Source of the DNA: Candidatus Altimarinota bacterium
GTDB taxonomy: Bacteria; Patescibacteriota; Gracilibacteria; CAIRYL01; GCA-016699755
Direction of reading: 5' to 3'
Assembly: GCA_963664295.1 (NCBI GenBank)
Contig: OY760935.1
Span: 224,001 to 288,000, forward strand
DNA length: 64,000 nt
Shown: positions 62,001-64,000 of the stretch, one piece after another
Layout of the letters: every line of letters starts with the position of its first letter
Position numbering within the stretch: position 1 is the stretch's first letter
The notes under the pieces: model-generated
What the model saw: only the letters and a program-made list of their open reading frames with translations
What the model was told of the DNA's origin: nothing
Databases searched by the model: none
Program-made: the position numbers and the translations under genes

Positions 62001-62423
62001 GATGGAGTTGTGGATTCTGCTGATTTGGTGAAAGATGGTGCGACAACAACGCCAGATTCAGTTGATGTTACTAATGGTGAAGCTACAACAACAACGTTTA
62101 CTTATACTGGCACTGAGCCAATGATGGCTGTAATGAGTCAAAATGGGGCATTTTATTGTAATATGGTTAGTGCAAATGCTATTCCTCCACTATGGAACAA
62201 TGCAGAAACCACAATTGGTGATCGTAAATATTATACATTAGGCACAATTCAGCCAAATGAAACAATAAATGTTTATGGTCGACCTAGGGAAAATGGTATA
62301 AATAATCTTAATGTTAAAGTTCATTTTTATCCTTTAGGTAGTCCTGTTGATGCCAATGGTGTGCCAACTGTTGATCCTACATTTACAGAAGACGCAGGTG
62401 AATATCTTGATGCTGCAGGTTAA
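59064..62423 (+). CDS. Large acidic surface lipoprotein with DxDGDG calcium-binding-like motifs and Ig-like repeats
   Basis: Lipobox-like LMGVSG|C; six DxDxDG motifs; duplicated C-terminal domain; exact start uncertain. Confidence 0.8.
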   Translation: MKNFFKRLAYKKSPNTATLPRELDLTNLRKNNPVYNTMDKMRNSKLMRKLFGLTTATVALMGVSGCNWGEKDDVPAPGNSGDVPNPGGDTPDQVVKGAIQQEFVNPDGVELHPDGLNLKNIVYQSNDVVDGGEEEQRRSEEAKADDIHPGYNGPLTVQNNECVDVLILGEEVAGLESGEFLVEMQDGTMHQVSVDINYNEQTGQARLEVQDFIDEYNLDNPGNEIDANQIETLTTNIEGTLDIILSSSAGVSYNEATGNVEFGEKSAEFDEGKITQECTFTNGMTVKVKLTQLDTDGDGVGNLGDSLPEGVAVLGSVVDGQDSTMQFAVGSRNGENLLPAQVDAKIVWYDADGNETGEDLIPYQLQTSAIHNIDFQGPNTGFVAGKLVLLDNGAEVGSEEFNIWVDGDIDGDGIGDAEDYANTAPTVPAGSVGLNENFNVNHTINTPEGSAPASYVIISDSLTGETWQFAVQEGANQFPISLDTPGSHTLTVNTYDEDGNLLDSVNANSQVNAFNDNDADGVPDHLDYNTTPLTVNGPVVQGVGFDLPLDLDLTAGGSPVDSGVITVLKNGVPTGEIYNIAGLIDGPDTLQDLILQTTGDDISLQLELFAGGVNVDTKVSNTFTVLEDADGDGNPNTTDILTGDITVTGNGLEDQPFTVSLDVNTTNFPQAKFVQFDFSNGSDSIILPVTDGPDFSVVANMPGMTNITVSYLDENGFAIKDGDDQIITHQVDNVDIGAEYFPNGIPAPQNAVQGQEVDMTGLFEISHSADVSYLKVTFSNGASEVTINNLADLKFVIDKFGTGITMTITAYDASDNALDSATTPAFDVSEQDTDGDGVVDSADLVKDGATTSPDMVQPGSFATTTFTYTGDQEMIAVMRQNVSFRNNTISPDLHPLQWQAALAQGDGLYYETLGNIQPGETMNVYHFGDANWHNVEILFYPASSPVDANGVPTGDPSFIEDAGAYFEIETGVNDTDTDGDGVVDSADLVKDGATTTPDSVDVTNGEATTTTFTYTGTEPMMAVMSQNGAFYCNMVSANAIPPLWNNAETTIGDRKYYTLGTIQPNETINVYGRPRENGINNLNVKVHFYPLGSPVDANGVPTVDPTFTEDAGEYLDAAG

Positions 62424-62447
62424 AGAATATTAAGTTTTATAGCATTG

Positions 62448-62478
62448 AAACACCTCCGGTAAAACGGGGGTGTTTTTT
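62448..62478 (+). terminator. Intrinsic terminator
   Basis: AAACACCTCCG-loop-CGGGGGTGTTT plus T-tract. Confidence 0.85.
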
Positions 62479-62546
62479 ATTGTTAAACACTTTTAATTTA
62501 TGGATTTTTATGTTAAAATAATATAGATTTGTAAATAAAAATAAAA

Positions 62547-64000
62547 ATGAAATTCAGAAAAATTACTAAATTTTTACTAATTTTCCCTCTTGCCTTAGTT
62601 TTTGGCGTGTTTTTTGCAAATGATTTTGCATTAGCAGAGGATTGTTTAATTATTGATGAAACAACTGTTAATGGTAGTGTTTATAACACTGGCAACCAAA
62701 TTACAGTTGAGCCAGGAGATAATATTGTTATCAAAGCTGTTATTAAGAATAATAGTGTTAATAGTTATACATATGCATCAAAAGTGTTTTTAGATAATTT
62801 GTCTAATACTTTTAGTCAAATAAGTCCATTAAGCCTATTGATCAATTTGCAGTCATCTGCAGGCACAGATGGTTGTGCAAGTGATGTCACACAAGCTATT
62901 CAATTTAAGTCCGCAGGTGGTGAAATGGTGTTTGATTACAAAAAAGCATATTTGCAATATGAGTCTAGCGGACAATGTTTGTTGAGTGAAAACGAAATTT
63001 TAAGCAATGGTGCTTTGATAAGTAATGCTGAAGATTATTATAAAAATGGCGCCTGTAATCTTGATGGTTTAATTTATAATTTTTTTAGTTCATATAATTA
63101 TCACCAAAACAACCTCTACATCGAGCTAACAGCCCAGTGTGCTGACGGCTACGAAAACATAAACGGCTCTTGTATTTATCAATGTGCTAATCCCTTAACT
63201 GAACCAAACGCAGAAAACAATGGCTGTCAATGTATAGACGGCTACGAAAACATAAACGGCTCTTGTGTTTATCAATGTGCTAATCCCTTAACTGAACCAA
63301 ACGCAGAAAACAATGGCTGTCAATGTATAGACGGCTACGAAAACATAGATGGTGTTTGTATGGCAAAATGTCGTGCAGATCAAGTTAGAAACCCTACAAC
63401 AGATGAATGTGAATGCCCAAGCGGAGAAGAAGAAGTAAGTGGCTCTTGTGTAGCAAAATGTGGCACTAACGAAGAAAGAGATGTGTATGGCGATTGTCAG
63501 TGTATAGATGGCACTATGATATATAATAATGCTTGTCAGACTTGTAGTGTAGTTCCATATTACATGGCAAATCCAAGTAATCCTGCTCAGTGTGTGCCTT
63601 GTTCAAGTGTATATGGTTATACTAACTCTTGTGTTCAGTGTGATACTGCTAATCATTTTGTAGTTAGTGCTGACAAAAATTCTTGTGTTTGTGCCAGTGG
63701 CTATGATTCATGGAATGGCTCTTGTTTGCTTGAATGTGACACAAACGAAGTGAGAAATGGTAGTGGTGTTTGTGTTTGTGATTACGGTTATGAGCTGGTA
63801 AACGGCTCTTGTGTATCTGTATGTGGAGCTAATAAAGTAAGAAATGCGACTACTGGTTTTTGTGAATGTGATGCGGACAATGGTTATGTTGCTGATGGCA
63901 GTGGTGGTTGTGAACTTGATGAATATAACGCTATATTTACCTTGACGTCATCTCAAGAAATGCCTGGAGCAGAAGTTTTGGTTTGCAGTAGCTCAAATTA
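62547..64000 (+). CDS. Secreted cysteine-rich EGF-like repeat protein (partial, runs off window)
   Basis: Manual translation MKFRKITKFLLIFPLALVFGVFFANDFALA|EDC...; open to window end; repeated CxCxxGYxxxNGSC units; absent from ORF track. Confidence 0.88.
   Translation, partial: MKFRKITKFLLIFPLALVFGVFFANDFALAEDCLIIDETTVNGSVYNTGNQITVEPGDNIVIKAVIKNNSVNSYTYASKVFLDNLSNTFSQISPLSLLINLQSSAGTDGCASDVTQAIQFKSAGGEMVFDYKKAYLQYESSGQCLLSENEILSNGALISNAEDYYKNGACNLDGLIYNFFSSYNYHQNNLYIELTAQCADGYENINGSCIYQCANPLTEPNAENNGCQCIDGYENINGSCVYQCANPLTEPNAENNGCQCIDGYENIDGVCMAKCRADQVRNPTTDECECPSGEEEVSGSCVAKCGTNEERDVYGDCQCIDGTMIYNNACQTCSVVPYYMANPSNPAQCVPCSSVYGYTNSCVQCDTANHFVVSADKNSCVCASGYDSWNGSCLLECDTNEVRNGSGVCVCDYGYELVNGSCVSVCGANKVRNATTGFCECDADNGYVADGSGGCELDEYNAIFTLTSSQEMPGAEVLVCSSSN
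63144..63347 (+). repeat. 93-bp intragenic tandem repeat (31 aa)
   Basis: GACGGCTACGAAAACATA at 63144, 63237, 63330. Confidence 0.93.

Overview
AT-rich chromosomal segment, translated with the standard code (TGA is a stop). The gene mix (VirB2-like tandem pilin, type IV prepilin, M23-SLH protein, Cys-rich surface protein, mostly SD-less starts) points by inference to a Patescibacteria/CPR organism, possibly Peregrinibacteria-like. It carries housekeeping genes (pgi, ruvA, mraY, dnaB, dnaE, rpsB, tsf, hflX, recG, tRNA-Ser) and a broad biosynthetic set (trpR-EG-GNAT-D-CF-BA, proB-C-A, purA, purQ with PurS-like tail, glnA, ribD). Seven intergenic clusters (about 4 kb) are built from a modular TGTCAT-hairpin-ATCTC palindromic repeat family. 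The best candidate for an undescribed system is a pair of unrelated, GC-rich secreted-protein genes (40485-40958 minus; 45991-47001 plus) with a shared layout. Each has a near-identical ~50-bp promoter plus boxA-like block, a long leader hairpin, a strong Shine-Dalgarno, a post-stop segment complementary to its own leader (16/16 and 17/18 pairs, like a pre-rRNA processing stalk) and an intrinsic terminator, and each lies next to a repeat cluster. All calls come from reading the sequence by eye; no searches or folding programs were run.
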